From: Vibrio alginolyticus NBRC 15630 = ATCC 17749
Lineage (GTDB): Bacteria; Pseudomonadota; Gammaproteobacteria; Enterobacterales; Vibrionaceae
Assembly: GCF_000354175.2 (NCBI RefSeq)
Contig: NC_022359.1
Span: forward strand, 1,260,001-1,292,000
Direction of reading: 5' to 3'
Length of the DNA: 32,000 bases
Part shown: positions 1 through 10,333 of the stretch, one piece after another
Layout: each line of letters starts with the position of its first letter
Numbering within the stretch: position 1 is the first letter of the stretch
Program-made: the position numbers and the translations under genes
Notes under the pieces: model-generated
The model's database searches: none
Seen by the model: only the letters and a program-made list of their open reading frames with translations
Told to the model about the DNA's origin: nothing

Positions 1-2964
1 AACAACAATCCAGCGCAATCTGGTGAGTGGGGCGAGTGGGAAACACTTGGCGCTTGTGATGGCACTGGACCGGTTGATCCACCTCAGAATGAAGTCCCGA
101 CGGTTACTCTGACATCGCCTTCTGCGTCGGCTTCTGTGACTGCGGGTGATGTTGTTAACCTAGCTGCAGATGCGGCAGATACTGATGGGACTGTTAGCAA
201 AGTAGAGTTCTTTGTTGATGGTGTATTAGTTGGTCAGGCAACGTCTGCGCCGTATGCTGCATCGTGGACAGCAACTGAAGGACAGCACGAGTTCTCTACC
301 AAGGCCTATGACGATGCAGGTGCCGTTAGTACGGCAAGTGTTGTGACGTTAACTGTGGCATCAGCGCAACCTGGTAACGAAGCGCCGACAGTGGATGTCG
401 CGCTTTCTGCGAGCTCTATTGACCTGGGTGGTTCCGTAACACTGACTGCAAATGCTACGGATGCGGATGGTACCGTTGCTAAAGTTGATTTTTATGTTGC
501 AGGTGTGCTTGCTGGCACTGCTACAACAGCGCCATACACGCTGGATGTAACCCCTTCACAAGCTGGCTCATTAAGTGTTTATGCGAGAGCAACCGATGAT
601 GCTGGAGCAACAGCAGATTCTGCAATTGCGACGTTAACAGTAAACGGCGGCGCAGTGACATCTAATTGTCGTCCTGATGGTCTTTATCAAACAACGGGTG
701 TAGATGTTCCTTACTGTTCTATTTATGACGAAGAAGGCCGTGAGAAAATGGGGGCTGATCACCCACGTCGTGTAATCGGCTACTTCACCAGTTGGCGATC
801 AGGTGACGACCCACAATCGACTTACCTTGTTAAAGACATTCCTTGGGAACAACTTACTCACATTAACTACGCGTTTGTGAGCATTGGTTCTGACGGCAAA
901 GTAAACGTTGGCGACGTAAATGATCCTAACAACCCTGCTACAGGTAAAACTTGGCCAGGCGTTGAGGTAGATCCCGCTCTTGGTTTTAAAGGTCATTTTG
1001 GTGCACTAGCAACTTACAAGCAAAAACATGATGTTAAAACGCTAATCTCGATTGGTGGTTGGGCTGAAACGGGCGGTCACTTCGATACGAACGGCGATCG
1101 TGTAGCTGATGGTGGCTTCTACACCATGACGACGAATGCGGACGGTTCTATTAATCATGCTGGTATTGAGAAGTTCGCAACTTCAGCCGTTGAAATGATG
1201 CGTCAGTACAAGTTCGATGGCCTGGATATCGACTATGAATACCCGACGTCAATGGCTGGTGCTGGTAACCCTTACGACAAAGACTTCATGGAACCACGTC
1301 GTCAGTATTTATGGGCGTCTTACCAAGAGCTGATGAAAGTATTGCGTGAGAAACTTGATGCGGCATCCGCGCAAGATGGTATTCATTATATGCTGACTAT
1401 CGCAGCACCATCTTCAGGTTACTTGCTACGTGGGATGGAAACCTTCGATGTAACTAAGTACCTAGACTACGTAAACATCATGTCTTACGACTTGCATGGG
1501 GCTTGGAATGATCACGTTGGTCACAACGCGGCTTTATTCGATACAGGTAAAGACTCGGAGCTAGCGCAGTGGAACGTATACGGCACTGCTGCATACGGTG
1601 GTATCGGTTACTTGAACACAGACTGGGCTTACCATTACTTCCGTGGTTCTATGCCAGCAGGTCGTATCAACATTGGTGTTCCTTACTACACCCGTGGTTG
1701 GCAAGGTGTTACTGGTGGCGAAAATGGCCTTTGGGGCCGAGCGGCACTACCAAACCAAGCAGAGTGCCAACCGGGCACAGGTGAAGGTGAGAAGAACAAC
1801 TGTGGTCACGGCGCTATTGGTATCGACAACATGTGGCATGATACCGACCCTAAAGGAAACGAAATGGGCGCTGGTTCTAACCCAATGTGGCATGCTAAGA
1901 ACCTAGAAAACGGTATTTGGGGCTCTTACGCAGCTGCTTACGGTCTTGACCCTGTCAACGATCCTTCAGATAAGTTTGTTGGTACTTATACTCGTCATTA
2001 CGATAGCGTTGCTGTGGCACCTTGGTTGTGGAACGCAGAGAAGAGCGTATTCCTATCTACGGAAGATAAAGCTTCTATCGAGGTGAAAGCCGATTACGTT
2101 ATCGATAAAGAGATCGGCGGTATCATGTTCTGGGAACTAGCAGGTGACTACAACTGTTACGTCCTGGATGCAAATGGTAATCGTACGGCAGTAGATGCCA
2201 CTGAACAAGCTTGTGCGGCGGGTAATGGTGAATACCACATGGGTAACACTATGACCAAAGCTATCTACGACAAGTTTAAGTCTGCGACGCCTTACGGTAA
2301 CAAAGTAGCTACTGGTCCAACACCAACTGAAGCAGTAGACATTACTGTTAGTGTTGGCGGCTTCAAAGTTGGCGACCAAAACTACCCAATTAACCCGAAA
2401 ATCACGTTTACAAATAACACTGGTCAAGCGATCCCTGGCGGTACTGAATTCCAATTCGATATCCCAGTATCTGCGCCGGACAATGCGAAAGACCAATCAG
2501 GTGGTGGTTTGAAAGTGATTGCTTCTGGACATACTCGAGCAAACAACATTGGTGGCTTAGATGGCGTAATGCACCGTGTGTCGTTCTCTCTACCAGCATG
2601 GAAAGACTTGCCAGCGGGCGGCACTTACGAGCTTGATATGGTTTACTATCTACCAATCTCTGGTCCTGCTAACTACTCAGTGATTTCTGGTGGTAAAGAG
2701 TTTGCGTTTAAGTTTGAACAGCCAGATCTACCAATTGGTGATCTCAATGCGGGCACGGGTGGTGGTACCACTGAACCAGGTACGTGTGATACGACAGGTT
2801 TAGTGACATACCCAGCTCTGCCACAAACGGATTGGGCAGGTAATCCAAGCCACGCTAACCAAGGTGATAAGATCATCCACAACGGTGTGGTTTACCAAGC
2901 GAACTGGTGGACAGCGGCTGAACCGGGTACAGATGGTAGCTGGTCAACGGTATGTAACATCTAA
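1..2964 (+). CDS. GH18 chitinase / chitodextrinase, 5' end outside the window
   Basis: Frame 1 is open from base 1 ([10 protein letters not shown]...), so the GTG at 136 in the ORF track is internal. There are two tandem Ig-like repeats ([17 protein letters not shown] / [17 protein letters not shown]). The GH18 catalytic motif [11 protein letters not shown] is present (Glu codon 1237-1239). The C-terminus carries a CBM5/12-type chitin-binding motif (VYQANWWT). Confidence 0.9.
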   Translation, partial: NNNPAQSGEWGEWETLGACDGTGPVDPPQNEVPTVTLTSPSASASVTAGDVVNLAADAADTDGTVSKVEFFVDGVLVGQATSAPYAASWTATEGQHEFSTKAYDDAGAVSTASVVTLTVASAQPGNEAPTVDVALSASSIDLGGSVTLTANATDADGTVAKVDFYVAGVLAGTATTAPYTLDVTPSQAGSLSVYARATDDAGATADSAIATLTVNGGAVTSNCRPDGLYQTTGVDVPYCSIYDEEGREKMGADHPRRVIGYFTSWRSGDDPQSTYLVKDIPWEQLTHINYAFVSIGSDGKVNVGDVNDPNNPATGKTWPGVEVDPALGFKGHFGALATYKQKHDVKTLISIGGWAETGGHFDTNGDRVADGGFYTMTTNADGSINHAGIEKFATSAVEMMRQYKFDGLDIDYEYPTSMAGAGNPYDKDFMEPRRQYLWASYQELMKVLREKLDAASAQDGIHYMLTIAAPSSGYLLRGMETFDVTKYLDYVNIMSYDLHGAWNDHVGHNAALFDTGKDSELAQWNVYGTAAYGGIGYLNTDWAYHYFRGSMPAGRINIGVPYYTRGWQGVTGGENGLWGRAALPNQAECQPGTGEGEKNNCGHGAIGIDNMWHDTDPKGNEMGAGSNPMWHAKNLENGIWGSYAAAYGLDPVNDPSDKFVGTYTRHYDSVAVAPWLWNAEKSVFLSTEDKASIEVKADYVIDKEIGGIMFWELAGDYNCYVLDANGNRTAVDATEQACAAGNGEYHMGNTMTKAIYDKFKSATPYGNKVATGPTPTEAVDITVSVGGFKVGDQNYPINPKITFTNNTGQAIPGGTEFQFDIPVSAPDNAKDQSGGGLKVIASGHTRANNIGGLDGVMHRVSFSLPAWKDLPAGGTYELDMVYYLPISGPANYSVISGGKEFAFKFEQPDLPIGDLNAGTGGGTTEPGTCDTTGLVTYPALPQTDWAGNPSHANQGDKIIHNGVVYQANWWTAAEPGTDGSWSTVCNI

Positions 2965-3011
2965 TTATTATGGATTACTTTTTATAGCCTAATGTTTACA
3001 GGCACTTAAAC

Positions 3012-3043
3012 AAAAGCGCACGATGATTATCGTGCGCTTTTTT
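3012..3043. terminator. Bidirectional rho-independent terminator between the chitinase and glgC
   Basis: Stem GCGCACGAT (3016-3024) pairs with ATCGTGCGC (3029-3037) around loop GATT. An A-run lies upstream and T6 downstream. It sits between convergent stop codons. Confidence 0.85.
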
Positions 3044-3061
3044 GTTGTGATAGTTTGTCGT

Positions 3062-4279
3062 TTAATCGAATTGGTAACTTTCAGGTATGACGACAATACC
3101 TTTGTCTGAGATTTTAAATCGCTTCGCATCTTCAAGTTTGTTGATGCCAATTTGAGTATGTGGCGGAATACGAACATGTTTATCAACTATGCAGTTGACC
3201 AACTGACTTCCTTCACCGACTTCTACGTCATCAAAAATGATGGAATCGACTACCGTTGCACTATCTTGAATGCGTACATTAGAGGAAATAATGGAGTGCT
3301 GTACTGAGCCTCCGGAATTGATGACACCGGTAGCAATGATGGAGTTAATAAAAATGCCTTCATTACCCGTAGCCGACGATACAGTACGAGCTGGTGGAAA
3401 CTGCGGCTCGTAAGTACGAATCGCCCAATTAGACTGATAAAGGTTCATTGGCGGCACAGGTTCTAGTAGATCCATATTCGCTTCATAGAAGGAATCAATG
3501 GTACCCACGTCGCGCCAATAGCAATCTTTATCGACGCGCCCTTTACTGCCACAGAATTGATAAGCGTAAACGGATTCGGTATCAATCAGCTTAGGTATGA
3601 TGTCTTTTCCGAAGTCATGGCTTGATGAATCGAGTTTTGAGTCTTCTTCAAGCGCTTCTTTCAAAACATCCATATCAAAGATATATATTCCCATAGAAAC
3701 GAGGCTTCTGGTCGTGCTTCCTGGAAGGGTAGGAGGGGTTTCAGGTTTCTCTATAAACGAAGTAACGAGCCCGTTTTCTGCGGTGCCCATTACACCGAAT
3801 GCTGAAGCATCCTCTACGGGGACATCCATACAGGCAACGGTGAGCTTAGCACCTTTCTCTTTATGCTCTTCAAGCATTGCGGCGTAGTCCATTCGATAGA
3901 TATGATCGCCGGATAACACAACCACATACTTTGCATCATTTCGCGATAGCAACCACATGTTGTGATAAATCGCATCGGCGGTTCCTTCATACCATGCACC
4001 ACCTTTGCGCATTTGTGGCGGAACAGCAGTGATGTACTCGCCTAGCTCTGGATTGAATATCGACCAGCCGTCTCGTAAGTGTTTTTGAAGTGAATGAGAT
4101 TTATATTGGGTTAAAACAAGGATCTTGCGTAAACCCGAATGTAAACAATTGGTTAGTGTGAAATCTATAATTCTATATTTTCCGCCAAAAGGTACGGCTG
4201 GCTTGGTTCTGTCATCGGTGAGTGGGCTGAGTCTAGACCCCATCCCTCCTGCTAAAATTACGGCGAGTGCGTCTTCCAT
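3062..4279 (-). CDS. glgC: Glucose-1-phosphate adenylyltransferase
   Basis: LAGGMGSRLSPLTDDRTKPAVPFGGKYRIIDFTLTNC is the ADP-glucose pyrophosphorylase signature. I placed the start at ATG 4279 (MEDALAVILAGG), which follows a GGGAA SD-like element. The 64 extra codons in the ORF track (to 4471) look non-coding. ATG 4309 is an alternative start. Confidence 0.9.
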   Translation of the reverse strand: MEDALAVILAGGMGSRLSPLTDDRTKPAVPFGGKYRIIDFTLTNCLHSGLRKILVLTQYKSHSLQKHLRDGWSIFNPELGEYITAVPPQMRKGGAWYEGTADAIYHNMWLLSRNDAKYVVVLSGDHIYRMDYAAMLEEHKEKGAKLTVACMDVPVEDASAFGVMGTAENGLVTSFIEKPETPPTLPGSTTRSLVSMGIYIFDMDVLKEALEEDSKLDSSSHDFGKDIIPKLIDTESVYAYQFCGSKGRVDKDCYWRDVGTIDSFYEANMDLLEPVPPMNLYQSNWAIRTYEPQFPPARTVSSATGNEGIFINSIIATGVINSGGSVQHSIISSNVRIQDSATVVDSIIFDDVEVGEGSQLVNCIVDKHVRIPPHTQIGINKLEDAKRFKISDKGIVVIPESYQFD

Positions 4280-4816
4280 AGTATTCCCTTTCCCTTTTCT
4301 GACATGCATCAAAACGGTGCTAACCTGAAGGAGGTGGTATGCAACGCAGAGGTTTTGAAAAGCATGTGCTAATGTGCTTATTAGTGAAAAGTCTACTACA
4401 AGAATCGAGCCATAGAATATCTCCTTAAAAATCAAGGAGGTTAAAATTTCACTGTAAGACAACTGCACCATATTAGTGAAGTGCTAAATAGCCCGTGCAT
4501 CAAATTGGCGCAAAATTGTAGAAAGGAGAAGTCAACAAGTATGGATTTACAATGTAAAGTGGCGACAAAACAAGAAGATAAATAGGGTTTTCTAGCTTAA
4601 TAACTATGGCTAAACAAGGCTTAGGGTTAGCGTTTTAACTCTAAAGGTCTAAAACAGGCGCGTTGATGTAAGGCAGGAGAGCTTTGTATCAACGATTCAA
4701 GAGTAGAAGGCCTGAGACAACTCTTTTCACAGTTGTTGAGAGTGAGTGGATAGGTAAGTAGACCACTCACTCAATGAATATGCTCACTTCACTGATAGCG
4801 ATACGTTATCACTGCA

Positions 4817-6565
4817 CTAAGAGAGACCGACGATATTTCCTTCATCATCAAGATCTAAGTTCATAAATGCGGGTTTATCAGGTAAGCCTGGCATCGTCAT
4901 CACGGTACCAGATAATGCATAAACGAACCCTGCGCCCGCACACAAGCGCAGCTCACGGATTGGGACGGTAAAACCAGTTGGTGCGCCTTTGACTGCGGAG
5001 TCTGTGGTTATCGATAATGGTGTCTTCGCGATGCAAACCGCTAAGTTGTTAAAACCTAGATTTTCAAAATGGTTGAGCTGTTCAGTCGCGATAGGAGTCA
5101 TTTCTATATTGGTTGCGCCATAGCCCGCTTCACATACTGCCATGAGCTTTTCGAGTAATGATTGCTCTTTGTTGTATAACGGACAAAACTCTACAGGCGT
5201 GGTACACGCATCAATAACATGTTGAGCTAGTTCCGTTGCGCCTTGTCCGCCTTGCGAAAAAGCGGTGCTGATGGCTACTTTAACTTCAGGATTAAATTGG
5301 TGAATCAGATCTTCAAGAGCTTTAAGCTCTTTCACACAATCTTGTGGAAACTGGTTAATGGCAACGACAGCAGGTAAACCGTATTTATGAACGTTATTTA
5401 TGTGCCATTTTAAATTTTCAAACCCAGCCTCCAATGCTGCTTGGTCCGGATTAAAGATGGAATCTGGAATAGCCATACCTGGCCGTAAATCGTAGTGTCC
5501 GGAATTCGCTTTGAGGCCGCGTAATGTTGCTACGATCACTACACAGTCAGGAGCTTTGTTGGCGGCAGCAGCTTTAATGTTACACGCTTTCTCGAATCCC
5601 ATATCCGAACCAAAACCGGCTTCAGTTACCGTGTAACCTGACAGTTTTAGCGCAATATCGTCCGCGATAATGGATGAATTTCCATGGGCGATGTTTGCAA
5701 ATGGACCTGCATGGATCAACGTAGGAACACCTTCTAGAGTTTGCATCAGTGTTGGTGCAATCGCCTCTTTTAGTGTTACTGCCATTGCTCCTGCAACTTG
5801 TAGATCTTCCGTGGTGACCGGATTTCCGTTCAAATCGTACGCTACGACAATTTTCCCGATACGTTGGCGTAAATCTTTTAAATCTTTGGCTAGTGCAATG
5901 ATAGCCATTAACTCGGAAGCGGCTGAAATATCGAACCCTTCGTCACGCTCGAAACCATTGATGGTTTTTCCTGCATCATTGAGGCCAATTTTGACTTTAC
6001 GTAGTGCACGATCATTATGGTCCATCACTCGTTTCCAAGTAATACTGGCCGTGTCGATTTTAAGTGCTCTTAACCCGGTGCGTGATTCAAAGGCATCATA
6101 ACCCTCGCGTTGTTCATGGAACAAGCGAGCGTCAAGAGCGGCTGAAGCAAGGTTGTGCGCCGCTGTCACTGCGTGAATGTCACCAGTAAGGTGTAAGTTT
6201 AACTCTTCCATTGGAGCTACTTGAGAATAACCGCCGCCCGCAGCGCCACCTTTAATACCGAAGACGGGTCCCATCGAAGGCTGCCTTATACATGCAATCA
6301 CAGATTGATTAAGCTTTGCTAAACCTTGCGCCAGGCCTATCGTCGTAACGGTTTTTCCTTCGCCAAGAGGAGTCGGCGTGATCGCAGTGACGAGTACAAG
6401 TTTACCGTCATCATTTGCTTTGAGTCGTTCCAAACATTTTGGGTGGACTTTGGCTTTGTGCTTCCCGTGAGTGTCATACTCTTCGGGTGATAGTCCTACT
6501 TTTTCCGCGATAACATCAATAGAAGAAAGTGGTGTGTTTCGGCAAATTTCGATATCTGACTGCAT
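4817..6565 (-). CDS. fhs: Formate--tetrahydrofolate ligase
   Basis: The product resembles Fhs along its full length, including the P-loop-like [16 protein letters not shown]. The start is taken at ATG 6565 (MQSDIEICR), giving 582 aa. The ORF-track start at 6586 adds 7 unlikely residues. Confidence 0.9.
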   Translation of the reverse strand: MQSDIEICRNTPLSSIDVIAEKVGLSPEEYDTHGKHKAKVHPKCLERLKANDDGKLVLVTAITPTPLGEGKTVTTIGLAQGLAKLNQSVIACIRQPSMGPVFGIKGGAAGGGYSQVAPMEELNLHLTGDIHAVTAAHNLASAALDARLFHEQREGYDAFESRTGLRALKIDTASITWKRVMDHNDRALRKVKIGLNDAGKTINGFERDEGFDISAASELMAIIALAKDLKDLRQRIGKIVVAYDLNGNPVTTEDLQVAGAMAVTLKEAIAPTLMQTLEGVPTLIHAGPFANIAHGNSSIIADDIALKLSGYTVTEAGFGSDMGFEKACNIKAAAANKAPDCVVIVATLRGLKANSGHYDLRPGMAIPDSIFNPDQAALEAGFENLKWHINNVHKYGLPAVVAINQFPQDCVKELKALEDLIHQFNPEVKVAISTAFSQGGQGATELAQHVIDACTTPVEFCPLYNKEQSLLEKLMAVCEAGYGATNIEMTPIATEQLNHFENLGFNNLAVCIAKTPLSITTDSAVKGAPTGFTVPIRELRLCAGAGFVYALSGTVMTMPGLPDKPAFMNLDLDDEGNIVGLS

Positions 6566-6741
6566 GGAGAGTCCCCAAAGTGGCACACAGGTAGCGTTGA
6601 AAAACTACCTAAGTTATAACGAGTATTATTGTGAGGCAAAGGTCTGCTTGGTGATGGTACTGTTTCGGTTAGGCTTGTAAAGAGTTTACTGCTTCGTATT
6701 GTGCGACATACTAACGAAATCTACTCGTTATAGTGCTAGAT

Positions 6742-6772
6742 AAAAACAAAAAGGCCACCAAATGGTGACCTT
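6742..6772 (-). terminator. Rho-independent terminator downstream of gsk
   Basis: Stem 6751-6760 pairs with 6763-6772. The single mismatch is C/A on the plus strand but a G.U wobble on the minus strand. On the minus strand a T-rich run follows (TTTGTTTTT). Confidence 0.75.
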
Positions 6773-6801
6773 GATATATTTTTAGCTTTAAAGCTGTCGT
6801 T

Positions 6802-8106
6802 TTAACGATCCCAATAAGTCTCTTCTAAGCTATCTTCTCGTTCAGGAAGCGCTCGCGATAGGCGAGGAGAGTGCTGCGTCAACACTTCATAGCTTACTCG
6901 GTTTGCGTATTTACAGATCTGAGAAAGCGAGGAGTAGGTTAAGCATCGTACTTCGTGCTTTTCTGAGTTAGGCACTTCTTTTTGGTGGAAAGAGTTTGCT
7001 GCCATGTCATGCAGTAAGGCTGAAAGGGCTGCATCACCTGCACCATTAGTGTTCTTAATCTCTAATGGTCCACCAAGGTAAGGGCCGATGTGAGAGTAGA
7101 CCTTCATTGGGTTTTGACAGTCTTCTTTACGCATCGCACGACTAAACTCGTACTGGTTAAAGGCTTCGAGGGAGCTTTCAAGGATGTCGTGTGTGGTTTC
7201 TCGTTTTACTTTCTCGTCGGTGTAACCAGCCATGTACAGACCATTTGGTCCTGCCGTACACAGTACGAGATCAACCCACTCAAGTGCTTTATCAGCAGCA
7301 GCTAGCGGCTCTGTTTCACCTGTTAACGCCGCACCTTCTTCTTCATTCATAGCGACAACAGAAATGTTTTCGCGAATGTATTCTTGCCACCATTGTGCGT
7401 TACCTTCGATAACGTACTTCGTCCCTAACGTAAGTACAACAGGGACATCGTGCTTCTTAGCAAAGTCGATCGCTCTTTGTACCGCTTTAGGCATTGGATC
7501 TTCTTCTTTACCACGCATTAGGTAAGAAGAAACAACCAGGGCTGATGCTTTCTCAAAGATCTCTTCAGGAATGCTTTCCGGAAGTAGTTGATTCATATGA
7601 CCTTCGTTGATAGCAAATGTACGCTCACCGTCTTGAGAAATTAGGGTGTAGCAGCGACCAATAGGGCCATCTACCGTTTGTAAATGGTTAAGGTTCATGC
7701 GTGAAGACGTACGGCAAAGGTAGCGATAAGCAAAAGAACCGACTTGAATGTTCTTAGACATCACACCGAGCAAAACGGATTTGCTATCGGCTAAAACTGA
7801 GTAGTTGTGAAGAGTATTGCCAATCGTGTCACCTGGGTATTGGTGTGTGATCAGGCCTTGCTCAACCAGTTCTTCGTAAAGTGCATCTGCTTTGCTTTCT
7901 TCAAGAACGAGCGAATGTCCTTTACTCAGGTTGTATTTCTCTAAAAACGCGTCATCTACACGTGCTTCGATATCTACAATGGTTTGACCGACACCAACAA
8001 TAGTTGGGCGATATAGCTTAGGTGCCTGTCGGATTTGGTTTACTAATGGATCTCGAGCGTGAGTTGGGAAGTAGTGTTTAGATTTACGCTGACCAGGAAA
8101 CTTCAT
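6802..8106 (-). CDS. gsk: Inosine-guanosine kinase
   Basis: The product is nearly collinear with E. coli Gsk as I recall it: MKFPGQRKSKHYFP at the N-terminus, NTNGAGD internally, and PEREDSLEETYWDR at the C-terminus. Confidence 0.93.
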   Translation of the reverse strand: MKFPGQRKSKHYFPTHARDPLVNQIRQAPKLYRPTIVGVGQTIVDIEARVDDAFLEKYNLSKGHSLVLEESKADALYEELVEQGLITHQYPGDTIGNTLHNYSVLADSKSVLLGVMSKNIQVGSFAYRYLCRTSSRMNLNHLQTVDGPIGRCYTLISQDGERTFAINEGHMNQLLPESIPEEIFEKASALVVSSYLMRGKEEDPMPKAVQRAIDFAKKHDVPVVLTLGTKYVIEGNAQWWQEYIRENISVVAMNEEEGAALTGETEPLAAADKALEWVDLVLCTAGPNGLYMAGYTDEKVKRETTHDILESSLEAFNQYEFSRAMRKEDCQNPMKVYSHIGPYLGGPLEIKNTNGAGDAALSALLHDMAANSFHQKEVPNSEKHEVRCLTYSSLSQICKYANRVSYEVLTQHSPRLSRALPEREDSLEETYWDR

Positions 8107-8340
8107 GCTTGTTCTTGAGTGAGAAAAAAAAAGAGGCGGGATTGTATCACAAAAAAATGAAAATCGTGGCGATTTATTACAAAGAAGTCTGCTCGCTGAA
8201 AAAATCAGCGAGCTGAGTAAATAGCAACCAAAGCAGCTGCAATTTATGACGCTTGTCGTATTGCAATGGGTTGTTTTTTAAACTTGTTGCTCAGCAGCGC
8301 CCGGAAAGAGCCTGCTCCGCGCTAACTAAATTTACCCGCG

Positions 8341-8811
8341 TTACTTTTTCACTTCAGTTGGCTCAACGTAAGCCTTGGTACCCCAAAGTGGGACTGTCGA
8401 AAGGCTATGCTTAAAACTACCATCGGTCTCTTTTGTTGTATAAGACAAGTAGAGTAAGGTTTGGTTATCGGCATCATAAATACGGCGAACCTTCATTGTT
8501 TTGAAGAAAATGCTTTTTGACTTCTTAAATACAATTTCACCGGACTTACTCTTATCTATTTTTGCAATCATTTCCGGTGTGATTTCGCCAGTCTGACGAC
8601 ATGATATTGAGCTATCACTTGGATCTGCTAAGCTGAAATCCGCTTCGATAGAGGCGATGTGACATGTGACACCTGTTACCACCTCGTCTTTCAACTCACC
8701 GACTTTGATGTCTTTCAAAGTAAACCAACCGAGCCCCACGTCAGCAACATCGTTATCTGAACAACCAACTAGAGTAGTAGCAAGCAATGCACTTAACAGC
8801 ATCTTTTTCAT
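8341..8811 (-). CDS. creA: CreA-family exported protein (lipobox LVGC)
   Basis: VTCHIA, ISCRQTGEI, GEIVFKK and VRRIYDADNQTLLYLSY match the CreA family pattern. It has an N-terminal signal peptide with Cys17. The SD is AAGGA. Confidence 0.8.
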   Translation of the reverse strand: MKKMLLSALLATTLVGCSDNDVADVGLGWFTLKDIKVGELKDEVVTGVTCHIASIEADFSLADPSDSSISCRQTGEITPEMIAKIDKSKSGEIVFKKSKSIFFKTMKVRRIYDADNQTLLYLSYTTKETDGSFKHSLSTVPLWGTKAYVEPTEVKK

Positions 8812-8956
8812 TATTTTTGTCCTTAACTAGGAAAGATATTGATGAAATCTATCAGAGGTTTGCACCTAAAACAAAATTTAGCCACGGAAAGGTCTATGTG
8901 CGCTAGGTTTGTTGCGGGCTTCATGCTAATGTACTGCTCTAAACGAAGGTATCAAG

Positions 8957-9466
8957 ATGAATGAACAACAGTTAGCCAGTATCGAGCGTAAAAATACATG
9001 GCTGTATGAACTGGTCGAAGTTGAATTTCCGACACCAGAGAGTTTGAAAGGGCGCGATGTCTATTTCAAAACGCTAGAAAAAGCAACGTATCAAGTAGTC
9101 AACAAAGACACACTACTGGAAAGTGACTCTGAATTTAACCCCGACGATATTTTTCTGGTCGATTTTCATCGACTGACCATTATGTTCTCTATCTTGCAAT
9201 CTCAGCGCTGGGAACAGCAGTATGATAAAGATATGATCATTGAATATCTGACACAGATTATCCTCACGCCAGATTTTGAATTATATGTTGGTTTTAAATC
9301 TGGAGTCTCAATTGGTGCTGCTATTGTTAGCCATCTCGAAGGAAATACACTCATCTCTGATGTTGCTGTTTCTGAATCAAAATACAAAAGCTCGTTTGTG
9401 GCTGATCTGGCTAAAAGACTAAGCACCGAGCAAAAACTGTTAGACTCAGTGGTTATCGAAAACTAA
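8957..9466 (+). CDS. Hypothetical protein, 169 aa, family not recognised
   Basis: A GAAGG SD lies 7 nt upstream of the ATG. The ORF is clean and fills the gap between neighbours. I recognise no motif; a loose GNAT-like impression in the C-terminal half is unsupported. Confidence 0.55.
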   Translation: MNEQQLASIERKNTWLYELVEVEFPTPESLKGRDVYFKTLEKATYQVVNKDTLLESDSEFNPDDIFLVDFHRLTIMFSILQSQRWEQQYDKDMIIEYLTQIILTPDFELYVGFKSGVSIGAAIVSHLEGNTLISDVAVSESKYKSSFVADLAKRLSTEQKLLDSVVIEN

Positions 9467-9660
9467 CTTACACATCAATGTGCATAAAAAGTAAAGCAAG
9501 ATGACGTTGGGTGATCTTGCTTAGAAAAACTGTAATTGCTCCCTTCTATTTCCATGAAATGCCAAGCTCGTCGTTTCAACAATCCCAAACTCAAATAAGA
9601 TTAATCCAAACATTCTTAAAATCGCTTGGGCTTGAGCCTTTAAGACGTCTGGAGATGGCT

Positions 9661-10329
9661 ATGGCAATTACCAATATTAAGTGCGTGATATTTGACTGTG
9701 ATGGTACGTTGGTCGACAGCGAAAGACTGTGTTGCCAAGCGCTCGTCAATGTATTTAACCAGCATGGGGCTGAGTTAACGATGGAAGAGTGCGTTTCTCA
9801 CTTTAAAGGAGGAAAGCTCGCTGACATCCTTTTAGATACTAAAGAATTGAAAGATATCAAAGTCCCAATTGATGTTTTAGAGCCGCAATACCGAGAAGAA
9901 GTCCAGTCTCTTTTTGTGCGTCACTTACAGCCGATGGATGGCGCAAAACGATTAATTCAGTTTTTGGATTCGCATAATATCGAATATTGTGTGGCGTCTA
10001 ATGGACCTAAAGATAAAATTGAATACGCTTTGGAGTTAACCGGTTTACTCGATGCTTTCCGAGGGAAAGTGTTCTCGGCATTCGATGCGAATAGTTGGAA
10101 GCCTGAGCCCGATTTAATCATGTACAGTGCTATGAGCATGGGCTTTTTACCAAGTGACTGTCTTTATATTGATGACACGCCTAAAGGAGTTGAGGCGGGA
10201 CTAAACGCCGGTATCAAAACGATACAGTTATTTAATGGTGAAGCTATCAATCTTGTTGATGACGAGCGTGTAATTCGCATCCATCATTTAGATGAATTAA
10301 AAGAGCAGCTGTGTGGCTGCTCTGTTTGA
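9661..10329 (+). CDS. HAD-superfamily phosphatase (beta-phosphoglucomutase / CbbY-like subfamily)
   Basis: HAD motif I is VIFDCDGTLVDSE and motif IV is a DD pair (YIDDTPKGVEAG). I chose ATG 9661 because GGAG at 9651-9654 sits 6 nt upstream. ATG 9655 is possible. The GTG 9511 extension has no homology logic. Confidence 0.85.
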   Translation: MAITNIKCVIFDCDGTLVDSERLCCQALVNVFNQHGAELTMEECVSHFKGGKLADILLDTKELKDIKVPIDVLEPQYREEVQSLFVRHLQPMDGAKRLIQFLDSHNIEYCVASNGPKDKIEYALELTGLLDAFRGKVFSAFDANSWKPEPDLIMYSAMSMGFLPSDCLYIDDTPKGVEAGLNAGIKTIQLFNGEAINLVDDERVIRIHHLDELKEQLCGCSV

Positions 10330-10333
10330 CCTA

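Noticed and set aside
4280-4471. N-terminal extensions proposed by the ORF track for glgC (to 4471), the HAD gene (9511), LysR (19861), ycdZ (20997), alx (25892), volA (31256) and fhs (6586).
   Set aside because: The conserved protein N-termini begin at internal start codons that have better SD spacing. The extensions have no family-like sequence. In the alx case the extension overlaps the riboswitch expression platform.
4472-4816. CsrB/CsrC-like sRNA in the long fhs-glgC spacer.
   Set aside because: Only a few scattered GGA motifs are present, not the many regularly spaced AGGA/ANGGA hairpin loops expected of Csr-family RNAs.
5670-6101. Long ORFs antisense to or overlapping confident genes. 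Examples are 5670-6101(+) in fhs, 18598-19128(+) and 18133-18507(+) in the FNT-CBS gene, 17592-17966(-) in yceI, 14025-14354(-) and 13351-13614(-) in the helicase, 2137-2496(-) and others in the chitinase, and 7232-7525(+) in gsk.
   Set aside because: They lie entirely within genes that have strong homology-based support on the other strand or frame. They lack SD sequences, and their translations are low-complexity (Ser/Thr/Pro/Arg-rich), typical of shadow ORFs.
6566-6740. ZTP (pfl-motif), THF riboswitch or PurR box upstream of fhs.
   Set aside because: I looked on the minus strand for the conserved ZTP 3' element (CCGCCUGGGC-like) and for an ACGCAAACGTTTGCGT-like PurR palindrome and found neither. 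Only a generic inverted repeat is present, and it is reported separately.
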